64,000 nt of DNA from an uncultured Candidatus Saccharibacteria bacterium (GTDB lineage: Bacteria > Patescibacteriota > Minisyncoccia > Phycocordibacterales > PALSA-1337): NCBI GenBank assembly GCA_964357605.1, contig CAYHLX010000003.1, forward strand, positions 1,579 to 65,578, read 5' to 3'. The notes beneath the pieces were generated by a model. It ran no database searches, was not told the DNA's origin, and saw only the letters and a program-made list of their open reading frames with translations. Positions within the stretch are counted from its first letter, which is position 1, and each line of letters opens with the position of its first letter. Positions 1 to 9,139 of this stretch are shown here, piece after piece. The position numbers were made by a program, and so were the translations under genes.

Positions 1-517
1 TCATCACCTGATTGAAGGGAAGGTGGGGTATATGTCTGGTTATCTGGAAGCCTTAAATAAAAAGCCAGCGGCGATTTCGTATTTTACCAGTGACTTTGAC
101 CCAGACAGTGATGATCCATATTTTTATCTCACTAGACGTCCTCATGAGATGGGGGATGAGAAGCACAATTTGGTTTGTGTTGGTGGTCCTGAATTATCTA
201 TTGATGACAGGGAAGAGTATCTTTACGAATATGATTATCCTGAACAGATGCATCAGGACATTGATGTTTTTATTAGAGAAGTGTATTTAACTGATGCTGG
301 TAGAAAAATTGATTACCAATTCACTTGGCATGGTCTCATGGGCTACACTCCGAACCGCGTACGTTTGATAGGGGAGGAGCCTAAAAATAAAACCTTACTG
401 TATAACTTGGGCTGTAATGGTATCGGTATTATTCCTTCTATTTTTGGCGGAAGGAGAATTTCCCGAATCATTGCTGGGGAGAAGTTGAACGCTTCTATCT
501 TTGATCCTCGGAGCTAG
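1..517 (+). CDS. FAD-dependent oxidoreductase (DAO/glycine oxidase-like), C-terminal fragment. The reading frame is open to the window start, so the gene begins upstream.
   Basis: The C-terminal LGCNGIGIIPSIFGGRRISRII resembles the G-x-GHG-G-x-AP-x-TG end of DAO-family flavoproteins. There is no in-frame stop between position 2 and the ATG at 23. Confidence 0.45.
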   Translation, partial: HHLIEGKVGYMSGYLEALNKKPAAISYFTSDFDPDSDDPYFYLTRRPHEMGDEKHNLVCVGGPELSIDDREEYLYEYDYPEQMHQDIDVFIREVYLTDAGRKIDYQFTWHGLMGYTPNRVRLIGEEPKNKTLLYNLGCNGIGIIPSIFGGRRISRIIAGEKLNASIFDPRS

Positions 518-559
518 CAAAAAATATAATTTCTGGTAGTATAGTTCTACAGCTGAATT

Positions 560-630
560 GCGGGACTAGTTTATCGGTAAAATAACAGTTTTCCAAACTG
601 TGGTGGGGGGTTCGACTCCCCCGTCCCGCA
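560..630 (+). tRNA. tRNA-Gly (anticodon UCC)
   Basis: Cloverleaf read by hand. Acceptor GCGGGAC/GTCCCGC (7 bp). D-arm GTTT-ATCGGTA-AAAT. Anticodon stem ACAGT/ACTGT with loop TTTCCAA (U33, anticodon TCC, A37). Variable loop GGTG. T-arm GGGGG-TTCGACT-CCCCC. Discriminator A. No CCA encoded. Confidence 0.8.
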
Positions 631-631
631 C

Positions 632-1756
632 ATGCAAATAGAATTTAACAAAGTTACGTGGTATTCAAAATGGGGAGCTCTCATACTATTTCTAATCGTT
701 TTACCAGTTCTTACTTTTTATATCGGGAGGGAATATCAAAAGACGGTATATGTCGTAGAGAACAATTCAATTTATATTGCAGAGGAGACATCAGAGGCTG
801 TGGAAGCTTCAGCCGATCCTTTGAATGCGACGTATAGTATAGACGATGAACAAATTACTTTAGTTAATGGAGTGGCTAAGACATCTGGTACTGAAACTAG
901 AATATTTGGTGAACCAGTAAAGGGAGATCTAAATAATGATGGAAAATCCGATTATGTTTTCTTTGTCTCACAAGAGACTAGTGGTACGGGAATATTTTTC
1001 TACGTAGTGGCAGCGATACAGAAAAATGGATCATATCTGGGAACAAAAGCTGTATTTTTGGGGGATCGTATTTCTCCTAATAACATATCTATTTCAAATG
1101 GTGAAGCTGTAGTAAATTATGCAGTTAGAAAAGATACTGATCCTATGACTATGTCGCCATCGATAGGGACGTCTAAATATATTCGTTTGGAAAACGGAAA
1201 TATTATTGAGAGGATGCCTAGATTAGAAGAGATATCAAACCTTGATCCTTTTGATAAGTCTGAGGAGTTGAGTATTTTTATGGAAAATGATTCCAGATCA
1301 AATACAAGTAATGTTGTGGGCTATATAGGTAGAGGAGCATTTTCGCTTAATTTACCGAATTGGTTAGCCGATCATTGGAAGATGAGTACTTCTGATGGTA
1401 ATCATTATGAATTTTATCCTTTTGAAAATGTTAATCGGAGTAGCTTTTCAAACATTTCTGTGAGTCTTACAAGTCTGACAGAAGTCTATAACGCAGATAG
1501 TAGGTATGATTATTCTCTGGAAAATGATAAAAATATCATCTTATCTGAAATCTTTTTTAATTCTAATGGAGATTTGAGAATATATCACACACAGCAAAGA
1601 GAAGGTGGTCTAATTGTCGATAATTTCTATGTCGATGGCAATAGTATGACAGCTAGGGTTCATTTTAGTGCAAAGGAAAGTATGTATTCAGCTGTTGGTC
1701 CGAAGATCAAAGAATTCATGCAGGGTATAGGAAAGGGAGGGACGCCACAGGGGTAG
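632..1756 (+). CDS. Hypothetical membrane-anchored extracellular protein with an FG-GAP/VCBS-like DxNxDGxxD motif
   Basis: N-terminal hydrophobic helix WGALILFLIVLPVLTFYIG. Motif GDLNNDGKSDYVFFV. The ATG lies 1 nt after the tRNA 3' end. Confidence 0.5.
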   Translation: MQIEFNKVTWYSKWGALILFLIVLPVLTFYIGREYQKTVYVVENNSIYIAEETSEAVEASADPLNATYSIDDEQITLVNGVAKTSGTETRIFGEPVKGDLNNDGKSDYVFFVSQETSGTGIFFYVVAAIQKNGSYLGTKAVFLGDRISPNNISISNGEAVVNYAVRKDTDPMTMSPSIGTSKYIRLENGNIIERMPRLEEISNLDPFDKSEELSIFMENDSRSNTSNVVGYIGRGAFSLNLPNWLADHWKMSTSDGNHYEFYPFENVNRSSFSNISVSLTSLTEVYNADSRYDYSLENDKNIILSEIFFNSNGDLRIYHTQQREGGLIVDNFYVDGNSMTARVHFSAKESMYSAVGPKIKEFMQGIGKGGTPQG

Positions 1757-1977
1757 AGTTTTACTTGCCCTTGTTTGAAATTTTTTCCTATGATATTATC
1801 TGTTTGTTGATTTGAAAAACTATATTGTTTTGTGGATCTGAAATGCAGAAAGGCTCTACTGCGGAGCGTCTGTAGATTCCGTAGGGAATTCTATGGCGTG
1901 GCGATGGGGTTTGCCGCTCCCCCGGTTCCACAAGAGAGTGTAGTTTTTTATATAGTCATAATTTTTTTCCACTAACT

Positions 1978-2739
1978 CTATTTTTCTATATCCTCCGTTG
2001 ATTGATCCCACATATATGAAAACCAAGTGCGGTAACTTTCTGCTAGGTTTTTGCTGTGGATCACGAATATAACGATATTCTCATTCGTTTTTCCGAGAGC
2101 TACACCAGTATAAGTGACCACATAATCCCCAAAAATATTAATGGCGGAATCGGTAGAATATTTTTCTGGTAAAAAACGATATTTTAATTCACCAGGGAAG
2201 TGGTTAGGGAAATCTGGCATCTTTGTTTTTATGCCATGTTCAAAAAGCTGAATAAATTTTATCTTTTTGCGATTTGCTTCCTTGAAAAAAGTGGTTCTAC
2301 TAGACTCAAGCTTTGGATCGAACCACGATCCTTTTGCTCCGATGAAATAGCTATCTTTGCCGACACGAACGATATCTCTCCAGATATTCTTCTGGCCCTC
2401 AAGTCCTCGGTATATATAGGCTTCTTCAGTGATTAGACTTCCGTGGAACTTTTTTTTAAGGGCTGGCAATATGCCGAGTAAGTGCTCTTGTTTCTCTGCT
2501 AGAAGTTCGGTCAATTTGTCAGGGTCAACAGCGCTATATGTATTCTCCCCAGCAGAGAATGTTTGGAAACATAGACCTTTGTTAATGAGGCGTTGCATGA
2601 CATCATAGGCATTTCTACGGTGGATTTTAGCGTTCACAGATATGTCACTGATCGAGGATTCACCCATCTCGATGAGGGATTCATATATTCTGGCTTCGTT
2701 TGGGCTAAGTCCTAGCTCCTCTAGTATGTGTTGGTTCAT
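1978..2739 (-). CDS. TrmB-family HTH transcriptional regulator
   Basis: The N-terminus LEELGLSPNEARIYESLIEMGESSISDIS...RRNAYDVMQRLINKGL matches the TrmB winged-helix signature (LGLS-x-EA-x-VY-x-LL). Confidence 0.7.
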   Translation of the reverse strand: MNQHILEELGLSPNEARIYESLIEMGESSISDISVNAKIHRRNAYDVMQRLINKGLCFQTFSAGENTYSAVDPDKLTELLAEKQEHLLGILPALKKKFHGSLITEEAYIYRGLEGQKNIWRDIVRVGKDSYFIGAKGSWFDPKLESSRTTFFKEANRKKIKFIQLFEHGIKTKMPDFPNHFPGELKYRFLPEKYSTDSAINIFGDYVVTYTGVALGKTNENIVIFVIHSKNLAESYRTWFSYMWDQSTEDIEK

Positions 2740-2846
2740 ATATTGGTGGTGGTATCTAGCACCATGAGGTGTTATTTGCCACTCGTGGTCAATAATATAC
2801 TATCCTTGTCAGACGGTCAAACACAAAAAACAACCACACATGTTCT

Positions 2847-3518
2847 ATGAAAAACACACTAAATAGTTATCTACTCACCCTGTTATTGGTGGGGGTAACA
2901 AATACCCAAGCTGCTGATAAAAAGGAAACAACTCCTGATTTTCAGCTTCGTTTACCTGTCCATATTCAGTATGTCGGTTTGTATACTAACCACGTCGGAA
3001 GATTCGGATTAGCTGCTTGGAACATCTTCTCCGACGTGACTCACGAGGATGATCCTACGGCCACTTTCAGTATTCTCGGACCACTCTGGCAATATGACAA
3101 AAAAGGCAGTTGGTTCGAAATAATGGGAGGAGTTAGGAGGGGTGAAGACGGATACGTTGATCCTGCGATAGATATACGTCTCCATGATCGCACATTGTCT
3201 TGGATACATATCACCGCAGAGTTGGCTTATTTCCCTCGAGAGGAGAGACGGAGGCTTTATGGGTATTTGGCCGTGGATACGCCGATACGGCTCGGTACCT
3301 ACCAAATGAGTGTAGGGTTTGAATCAGAGAATATAATTTCCTATTCAGGGAAAGAGGATTCTTTTGGTATCGGCCCCAGGCTGGTGCTACCTATTCCTTG
3401 GATAAAAAAGATCTCTCCCTCGCTGTCTTCTTCGTTTACATTAGCGTATCAACATCGTAATGACAGGGATTTTGTACGTTGTTACCTTGGGTGTATGTAC
3501 GTATTCGGAAAGAAGTGA
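2847..3518 (+). CDS. Secreted hypothetical protein (signal peptide, beta-rich, ends in aromatic VFGKK), possibly a beta-barrel-like protein
   Basis: Signal peptide LLTLLLVGVTNTQA-AD. Alternating hydrophobic pattern. GC is higher than in flanking genes. Confidence 0.5.
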   Translation: MKNTLNSYLLTLLLVGVTNTQAADKKETTPDFQLRLPVHIQYVGLYTNHVGRFGLAAWNIFSDVTHEDDPTATFSILGPLWQYDKKGSWFEIMGGVRRGEDGYVDPAIDIRLHDRTLSWIHITAELAYFPREERRRLYGYLAVDTPIRLGTYQMSVGFESENIISYSGKEDSFGIGPRLVLPIPWIKKISPSLSSSFTLAYQHRNDRDFVRCYLGCMYVFGKK

Positions 3519-3577
3519 TGAATGACAGTTCAGTACCAGACCAGCCGCTCAACTCCATTGACGGCTGGTTTTTACTT

Positions 3578-4333
3578 CTATCCATGATTCCAGATGTAAT
3601 CAAACATTATTCGGAAGGTTTCAGATATATATTTACTTTCGATCACGATTGTCAGCATCGACTCTTTAAAATTGGTGATTGAGACTTTATCTCCATAAAT
3701 AATTATTTGCGCTGGGATATTTAGCTTATCAGCAGAAACTTTTTTTCTGGTAATTAAATATTTCTCATCATCCTCAATCGGTGTGGCGATTGGTTGTTTT
3801 TCTGTATATGGTGCAATGGCTTTGGTTCTAATATTTTTTGCAACCTGCTTTTCTATTTGTTCTTTTATTAAATGAAGAACTTCCTGTCTGCCTTCATGTA
3901 TTGGAGAACTCATAACCAGAATATCTTGACCGATCTCTAGAATATCTTCATGAACTCTTTCTATTCCCTCTACCCCCTCATAAAATTTTATGTTTGGTCT
4001 ACCGACTAATGAATTGAATTCTGATGATAAGGTACCAAAGATAGTATTGAAATCAGAAAAGGCATGGTTTAAATTTTGTTTCTTGGTCTCAACCATACTT
4101 TTGATATTTCTAGGGTGTTTTGGTAAGAAGAGAGCTATTTTCCCTATATCTTCTCTCTTCTCCACTAGATCCATGTCTATAAGTTGATCAATGATTTTAT
4201 AAGTTAAAGCTCTTCCTATGGAGGTTTTTGAGGCTATAACCTTTGCGGAAGAGAATCCATTACTTAAAAGGAATGTATAAATTTTCGCTTGTTCTGGGCT
4301 TAGTCCACACTCTATTAATATTTTTTCATTCAT
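3578..4333 (-). CDS. TrmB-family HTH transcriptional regulator (paralog of 1978..2739)
   Basis: IECGLSPEQAKIYTFLLSNGFSSAKVIASKTSIGRALTYKIIDQLIDMDLV has the same TrmB N-terminal architecture. Confidence 0.7.
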   Translation of the reverse strand: MNEKILIECGLSPEQAKIYTFLLSNGFSSAKVIASKTSIGRALTYKIIDQLIDMDLVEKREDIGKIALFLPKHPRNIKSMVETKKQNLNHAFSDFNTIFGTLSSEFNSLVGRPNIKFYEGVEGIERVHEDILEIGQDILVMSSPIHEGRQEVLHLIKEQIEKQVAKNIRTKAIAPYTEKQPIATPIEDDEKYLITRKKVSADKLNIPAQIIIYGDKVSITNFKESMLTIVIESKYISETFRIMFDYIWNHG

Positions 4334-4528
4334 TTTGTTACAAATCTATGACAATAATAAGCTTATTTCTTAAAGATACTATAGAAATCGTTACAAATCA
4401 AGGATTTATTAGGGTACAAAAGCTATTTATTATTGACAAATCTTTTTACTATGCTATGATTAACAACAGAACGATAGAAACGGGATGCATAAAGCACCGC
4501 TATTGTTGACAGAAAGTCCTTCCTATCT

Positions 4529-5013
4529 ATGAAAATCCTGAATTCCTTCTCGCTCAACATGCTCCAAGACCTCAATGGGGAAGTCACCCACAAAGTGATT
4601 ACCCTCGAAGAGGCCAGGGAGTGGGCCCGGGTCGGTACCCTCGAATCTACTGTCGGTCATGCCGATACGGCGGCGATCTTCGGATCGCAACTCGGGGTTG
4701 AGGTTCCGGCTGTGCGGAGCACTATTTCCTTGGAATTTCCCTCCTCGTGACGGAATTGACTACGATCGTGCGAAGGCACTTGCAGAACGGGTTGCGCAAA
4801 AGCACTCCAGATTGCACGCCGCCTATGTGGTCCAGACGTGTAACGCCAAGAAATTGGCTGATATCGAGAAAGTTCGTCGAGACTGGAAACTGCTCTCAAG
4901 AGGCTGTTCGGGATTGGATCCTGAAGCCAAAGCTCTTCTCGAACGGATTCGTTCGGCCTATGAGAAGGCAAAAGTGCTTCGGCATAAACGGGTTACTACT
5001 GAACGCGAAATGA
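4529..5013 (+). pseudogene. DUF1874 (STIV B116-like) DNA-binding protein, apparently frameshifted: frame 1 for about 73 aa, with the match continuing in another frame.
   Basis: MKILNSFSLNMLQDL...ESTVGHADTAAIFGSQLGVEVPAVRSTISL matches the B116 family N-terminus (NAFSxNML; xGHxxT; NRV). Frame 1 stops at 4750. The family-like segment ELTTIVRRHLQNG, corresponding to EALIxxISQRLEEG, appears in the frame of ORF 4747..5013. GC is about 50-60% by eye. Confidence 0.4.
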
Positions 5014-5123
5014 GGCGTGAAGAAGATGCTCGACGACCCAAGTGGGTAGAATCACAACCCAAGAAAGACGATGGGTTTCTGGGAAAAGGTGCTTGGGGAG
5101 CTTTAGATGAACTTAAGTTATAA
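4659..5123 (+). CDS. Uncertain ORF in the GC-rich patch. It encodes a Lys/Arg/Glu-rich protein. It may be the real downstream gene or a frame artefact of the DUF1874 pseudogene.
   Basis: ORF track only. It overlaps the frameshift region. A hairpin GAGTTT-ttgcag-AAACTC at 5164..5181 follows the stop. Confidence 0.25.
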   Translation: MPIRRRSSDRNSGLRFRLCGALFPWNFPPRDGIDYDRAKALAERVAQKHSRLHAAYVVQTCNAKKLADIEKVRRDWKLLSRGCSGLDPEAKALLERIRSAYEKAKVLRHKRVTTEREMRREEDARRPKWVESQPKKDDGFLGKGAWGALDELKL

Positions 5124-5692
5124 ACAAATCTAACGTGCTGCTCACGTACACTTTAATCCGGGCGAGTTTTTGCAGAAACTCGTCCACTTCATTGAGCCTA
5201 TTGAGTGAAAGATTCTCATGGGTTCATAGAGTTCAAACTGTTCTGTCAAAATTAATTGGAAACTTAGTATGAAAACACCCACTTCGTTGTTCCATACATA
5301 CCGAATTGCATTTATCCGGGAAAGGGTAAACAGTATCATCGTAATGTATGGTGTGCAGAAAGGACCAGAACTGATAAATCAGGCACTTGCAAATCTTCAA
5401 AAAATTCAATGGGGGAGAGGAGAAAAATTTCCGGCCGAATTGGATGAAGATAGGTGGTGGATGGATCAGTTGCTCGTCGGGGAAGCAGAGGACGTTAGAC
5501 ACTATGGCTGCCTCGCTTCGTCACTGGCTTACCGGTATCTTCGGAAGAAGCGGACACACTGACAGCAGGAAAGACTGCCAAAGGATCACTCTAACCTTTG
5601 TATCAGAAGAGTGTAGTTGTCACCGTCCAAAAATGGTGAGATGGCTGCAGGCCACCGTACGTAAGTGCGGTTTTTGTTTTGTTGTAAAAGTA

Positions 5693-5718
5693 AAAAACCA
5701 CCCTACGGTGGTTTTTTA
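5693..5718. terminator. Bidirectional intrinsic terminator hairpin (AAAAAACCACC-ctac-GGTGGTTTTTT)
   Basis: Perfect stem flanked by an A-tract and a T-tract. It lies downstream of hup on the minus strand. Confidence 0.7.
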
Positions 5719-5722
5719 CTGC

Positions 5723-5748
5723 TAAAAATTCGCTCGAGCGAGTTTTTG
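5723..5748. terminator. Second tandem hairpin (AAAAATTCGCTC-GAGCGAGTTTTT) directly after the hup stop
   Basis: Palindromic core CGCTCGAGCG with A/T-tract flanks. Confidence 0.6.
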
Positions 5749-6021
5749 CTATTTTACTGCGTCCTTCAAAGCTTTTGCAGCTCTGAATTTTGGAACCTTC
5801 ATCGCTGGCACTTGAATAGCTTCACCAGTACGAGGGTTTCTGGCTTCTCTAGCCGCACGCTGTTTTACAGAGAAGATACCAAGACCCGCGATAGATACCT
5901 CTTCCCCCTTCTTAAGAGAGTTAACGATACCATTGAGCATCGCTTCTACAGCTTGCTCTGCCTGGACCTTTGTACCTCCCAAAACTGCATGGACTGCGTC
6001 TACAATTCCTGCTTTATTCAT
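5749..6021 (-). CDS. hup: HU-family nucleoid-associated DNA-binding protein
   Basis: MNKAGIVDAV...GLGIFSVKQRAAREARNPRTGEAIQVPAMKVPKFRAAKALKDAV is the canonical HU/IHF fold sequence. Confidence 0.9.
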   Translation of the reverse strand: MNKAGIVDAVHAVLGGTKVQAEQAVEAMLNGIVNSLKKGEEVSIAGLGIFSVKQRAAREARNPRTGEAIQVPAMKVPKFRAAKALKDAVK

Positions 6022-6110
6022 AGTTGTTGTTATTACTAATAAGCTCTAACCTCGCTATTCATTATATAACAAGCCATTTTTGACGCAATAGGGGTCAAAT
6101 AACAACACAA

Positions 6111-7640
6111 TTACCTAGCAAACTCAATAGCTCGGGTTTCTCTGATGACTGTGACCTTGATTTCACCAGGATATTTCAAATCTTTTTCTATCTTGAGAGC
6201 AATATCACGTGCCATATTGCGGGCTTCAAGGTCTGTCGTCGCTTCTGGAGTGACAAAGATGCGTATTTCACGTCCTGCTTGGAGAGCGTAGGACTTCTCT
6301 ACACCAGGGAAGCCGTTGGCGATAGCTTCGAGATCTCCTAGACGTTTCAAATAGTTTTCTATACTATCCCTTCTTGCTCCAGGTCTGGCACCAGAGATGG
6401 CGTCAGCGGCTTGAACTATACGAGATTCTACCGTCTCATAAGGATATTCCTCATGATGAGCCTGCATAGCTTTGACAATCTCTTCACTAGCACCAAACTT
6501 CTGAAGTATTCTTCGGCCGATTTCTACATGTGTCCCTACCACTTCATGGTCTAGGGCCTTACCGAGGTCGTGGAGTAGGGCACCAGCCTTCGCGACGGCT
6601 ACGTTCGCCCCAATCTCTTCGGCAATCATCCCGGCAATGTGAGACATTTCTATAGAGTGTTGAAGCACATTCTGACCATAGCTGGTACGAAAATGCAATC
6701 TTCCCAAGATGAGGAGGATGCGTGGATCCAGACCGATAACCCCACATTCATAGGCGGCTTGCTCACCTTTTTCTTTGATGGTCTTATTGATACTGGCTTG
6801 GGATTCTTGGACAATCTTTTCTATTTTGGCTGGTTGAATACGTCCATCCTTAATGAGCTCTTCTAGAGCGATCTTGGCAACGTGACGTCTGATCGGATCA
6901 AAAGAGGAGATGGTGATGTTTCCTGGAGTGTCATCCACGATTACTTCAACCCCCGTCATTCTTTCAAAAGCTTTGATATTTCTTCCTTCCTTACCGATAA
7001 TTTTCCCTTTGATCTCATCATTTGGAATGGTGACTGAAGTAGACATGACGTCTGAAGCCACCGAGTTAGCTAATCTTTGGATAGAGATGGCGAGAATACT
7101 CTTGGCTTTTTCCTCGAGTATTTCTTCACCAGATTGCTCCAACTTTTGGATACGGACCATGATATCTTGTTCCGAATTTTTCTCTACTGTCTTCATGAGA
7201 GATTGCTTTGCCTCCTCTGAACTCATTCCGGCAATTTTTTGCAAAGTCTGGTTCCTCTCTGTTTCCAGAGCCTCAGTTTTTTCTCTGATAGTTTTTATCT
7301 CCGCGATCTTTTGCTTGATCAACTCTACTTCCTTATCTATATCTGATTGACGCTTATCTAGAAAATCCTCCTTTTTTATAAGGCGGGTTTCTATTTGTTG
7401 GATTTTACTTTCCTTTTCTTTTATTTCCTGGTGACTCTTTTCGATGAGTTTCTTGCCTTCTGTTTCGGCTTCTTCTAGGACTTTCTTGGCTTCTTCTTTA
7501 GCCGTCAGATCCATCTCTTTGATCTTGAGTTCCATTGACCCTTTCTTTCCGAGGGCAATGATGAGCCTGAGATAGTAGCCGATACCAAGTCCAGCAACTC
7601 CGGCGAGACCTAGGAACAACACAACTAATTTTAATGACAT
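6111..7640 (-). CDS. rny: Ribonuclease Y
   Basis: N-terminal TM helix, long coiled coil, KH domain (IGKEGRNIKAFE), and HD domain (LLHDLGKA). Confidence 0.9.
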   Translation of the reverse strand: MSLKLVVLFLGLAGVAGLGIGYYLRLIIALGKKGSMELKIKEMDLTAKEEAKKVLEEAETEGKKLIEKSHQEIKEKESKIQQIETRLIKKEDFLDKRQSDIDKEVELIKQKIAEIKTIREKTEALETERNQTLQKIAGMSSEEAKQSLMKTVEKNSEQDIMVRIQKLEQSGEEILEEKAKSILAISIQRLANSVASDVMSTSVTIPNDEIKGKIIGKEGRNIKAFERMTGVEVIVDDTPGNITISSFDPIRRHVAKIALEELIKDGRIQPAKIEKIVQESQASINKTIKEKGEQAAYECGVIGLDPRILLILGRLHFRTSYGQNVLQHSIEMSHIAGMIAEEIGANVAVAKAGALLHDLGKALDHEVVGTHVEIGRRILQKFGASEEIVKAMQAHHEEYPYETVESRIVQAADAISGARPGARRDSIENYLKRLGDLEAIANGFPGVEKSYALQAGREIRIFVTPEATTDLEARNMARDIALKIEKDLKYPGEIKVTVIRETRAIEFAR

Positions 7641-7798
7641 ATGCGAAGGTAAATTCGCCTCTCTAGACTATAAGATTATGATTATCTGTAAACAATAGGA
7701 TTATTCGTTATGATTAACTAAAGTCTTTAAAAAGCAAACCTACGGTAATTAATTCCAGTAATGACCACATCGTATAATACGGATGGCTTTTTGTCCAC

Positions 7799-8368
7799 TT
7801 AAAGAACTTTATCAATGATCCCGTATTTCTTGGCTTCTTCGGCGTCCATAAAGAAGTCTCGATCAACATCTTTCTCAATCTTGGTTAATGGTTGACCAGT
7901 ATTTTTTGCTAGAATCTTGTTCAAACTTTCTCGCATTTTTAAAATGTGTCGAGCACTGATCTCAATATCTGAGGCTTGACCTTCTGCACCTCCTAAGGGT
8001 TGATGAATCATCACCTCAGAATTTGGCAGAGCAAATCTCTTACCCTTTTTTCCAGAGGAAAGAACGAGCGCCCCTCCTGAGGCGGCGATGCCAACACAGA
8101 CAGTGGAGACATCATTTTTAATATGATTCATGGTGTCGACGATGGCCATCGTAGAGGTGACTGAGCCACCAGGGGAGTTGATGTACAAACTGATATCTTT
8201 TTTTGAATCCTCTGATTGGAGGAAAAGTAACTGCGCAATAATGATATTGGCGACGTGGTCATCTATCGGTCCGCCCAAGAAAATAATATTTTCCTTGAGT
8301 AGTCTGGAATAGATGTCGTAAGCTCTTTCCCCAAAATTGGTCTTTTCTATGACGGTTGGTATTAACAT
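7799..8368 (-). CDS. clpP: ATP-dependent Clp protease proteolytic subunit
   Basis: [21 protein letters not shown]...[11 protein letters not shown]...MIHQPLGG. Confidence 0.9.
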   Translation of the reverse strand: MLIPTVIEKTNFGERAYDIYSRLLKENIIFLGGPIDDHVANIIIAQLLFLQSEDSKKDISLYINSPGGSVTSTMAIVDTMNHIKNDVSTVCVGIAASGGALVLSSGKKGKRFALPNSEVMIHQPLGGAEGQASDIEISARHILKMRESLNKILAKNTGQPLTKIEKDVDRDFFMDAEEAKKYGIIDKVL

Positions 8369-8446
8369 ATATTTTGAATTATTGATTGTAATGAGGTCAT
8401 CATACCTGATGTTTTACATTTGGCAAATTTGGTATAGACTAGGGAT

Positions 8447-9139
8447 GTGAAATTACACAGATTCTATATCCGGGACGGTGTTGGGGGAAAGACCCAAGTG
8501 GTTGTTCACCTGCCCAACTTTATAAATCAAACTAAGAACGTTCTACGGTTGAAAGTGGGGGATACTATAGTTATCTTCGATAATTCGGGGTTTGATTTTA
8601 AGGCTCAAATAGAAAAGTATACTAAAGATAGCGTTACTCTTTCCATTATTGACAAAGTGAGAAACAGTGTCGGTCTAGAGCGTGAAACCTGGCTTTTTGC
8701 CTCCATTGTGAAGAAAGATAAGTTTGAATGGATTATCGAAAAGGCTACAGAGTTGGGAGTTTCTCATATTGTACCGCTTATTTCCTCACGTACCGAGAAA
8801 AAAGAGATCAATAGTGAGCGTCTTTTAAAGATTCTTGTTGAGGCCTCTGAACAGTCAGGTAGGGCGACCATTCCCGTCCTTCACGATGTGCTAACTTTAA
8901 GTAGCGCTATCTCTAAGTATCAAGATGTTAAAGCCATAGCATGGGATCCGGCCGCAGAAAAATTTTCCAGAGACGATCTGAAAGAGGTGATTGGAACATA
9001 TATTGGCCCAGAAGGAGGATGGACTCTAGATGAACTTGAGTTATTTAAAACAAACAAGATTGTTTTGAAATCTCTTGGTCCGCAAGTTTTGAGATCGGAG
9101 ACTGCGGTGGTAGCTACGCTTTCTCAAATTGTTTTCTAA
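8447..9139 (+). CDS. rsmE: 16S rRNA (uracil1498-N3)-methyltransferase RsmE
   Basis: LHRFYI start and C-terminal GPEGGWTLDELE are typical of RsmE. Confidence 0.75.
   Translation: MKLHRFYIRDGVGGKTQVVVHLPNFINQTKNVLRLKVGDTIVIFDNSGFDFKAQIEKYTKDSVTLSIIDKVRNSVGLERETWLFASIVKKDKFEWIIEKATELGVSHIVPLISSRTEKKEINSERLLKILVEASEQSGRATIPVLHDVLTLSSAISKYQDVKAIAWDPAAEKFSRDDLKEVIGTYIGPEGGWTLDELELFKTNKIVLKSLGPQVLRSETAVVATLSQIVF

Noticed and set aside
560-630. Initial reading of the tRNA anticodon as CCA (tRNA-Trp)
   Set aside because: Careful base counting shows the anticodon stem is ACAGT/ACTGT with the 7-nt loop TTTCCAA. The anticodon is therefore UCC (Gly). The CCA reading required a 5-nt loop.
5124-5690. ORFs of 89-112 aa on both strands (5233..5502 minus, 5269..5562 plus, 5387..5725 plus)
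   Set aside because: They overlap one another in a GC-elevated stretch and have no recognisable family. They cannot be distinguished from chance ORFs. The region may instead be decayed remnants of the inserted element.
6559-7350. Several ORFs of 60-150 aa antisense to rny, and similar ORFs antisense to hppA, the ligase and pilB
   Set aside because: They overlap strongly supported genes on the other strand and have low-complexity or hydrophobic composition. They are shadow ORFs.
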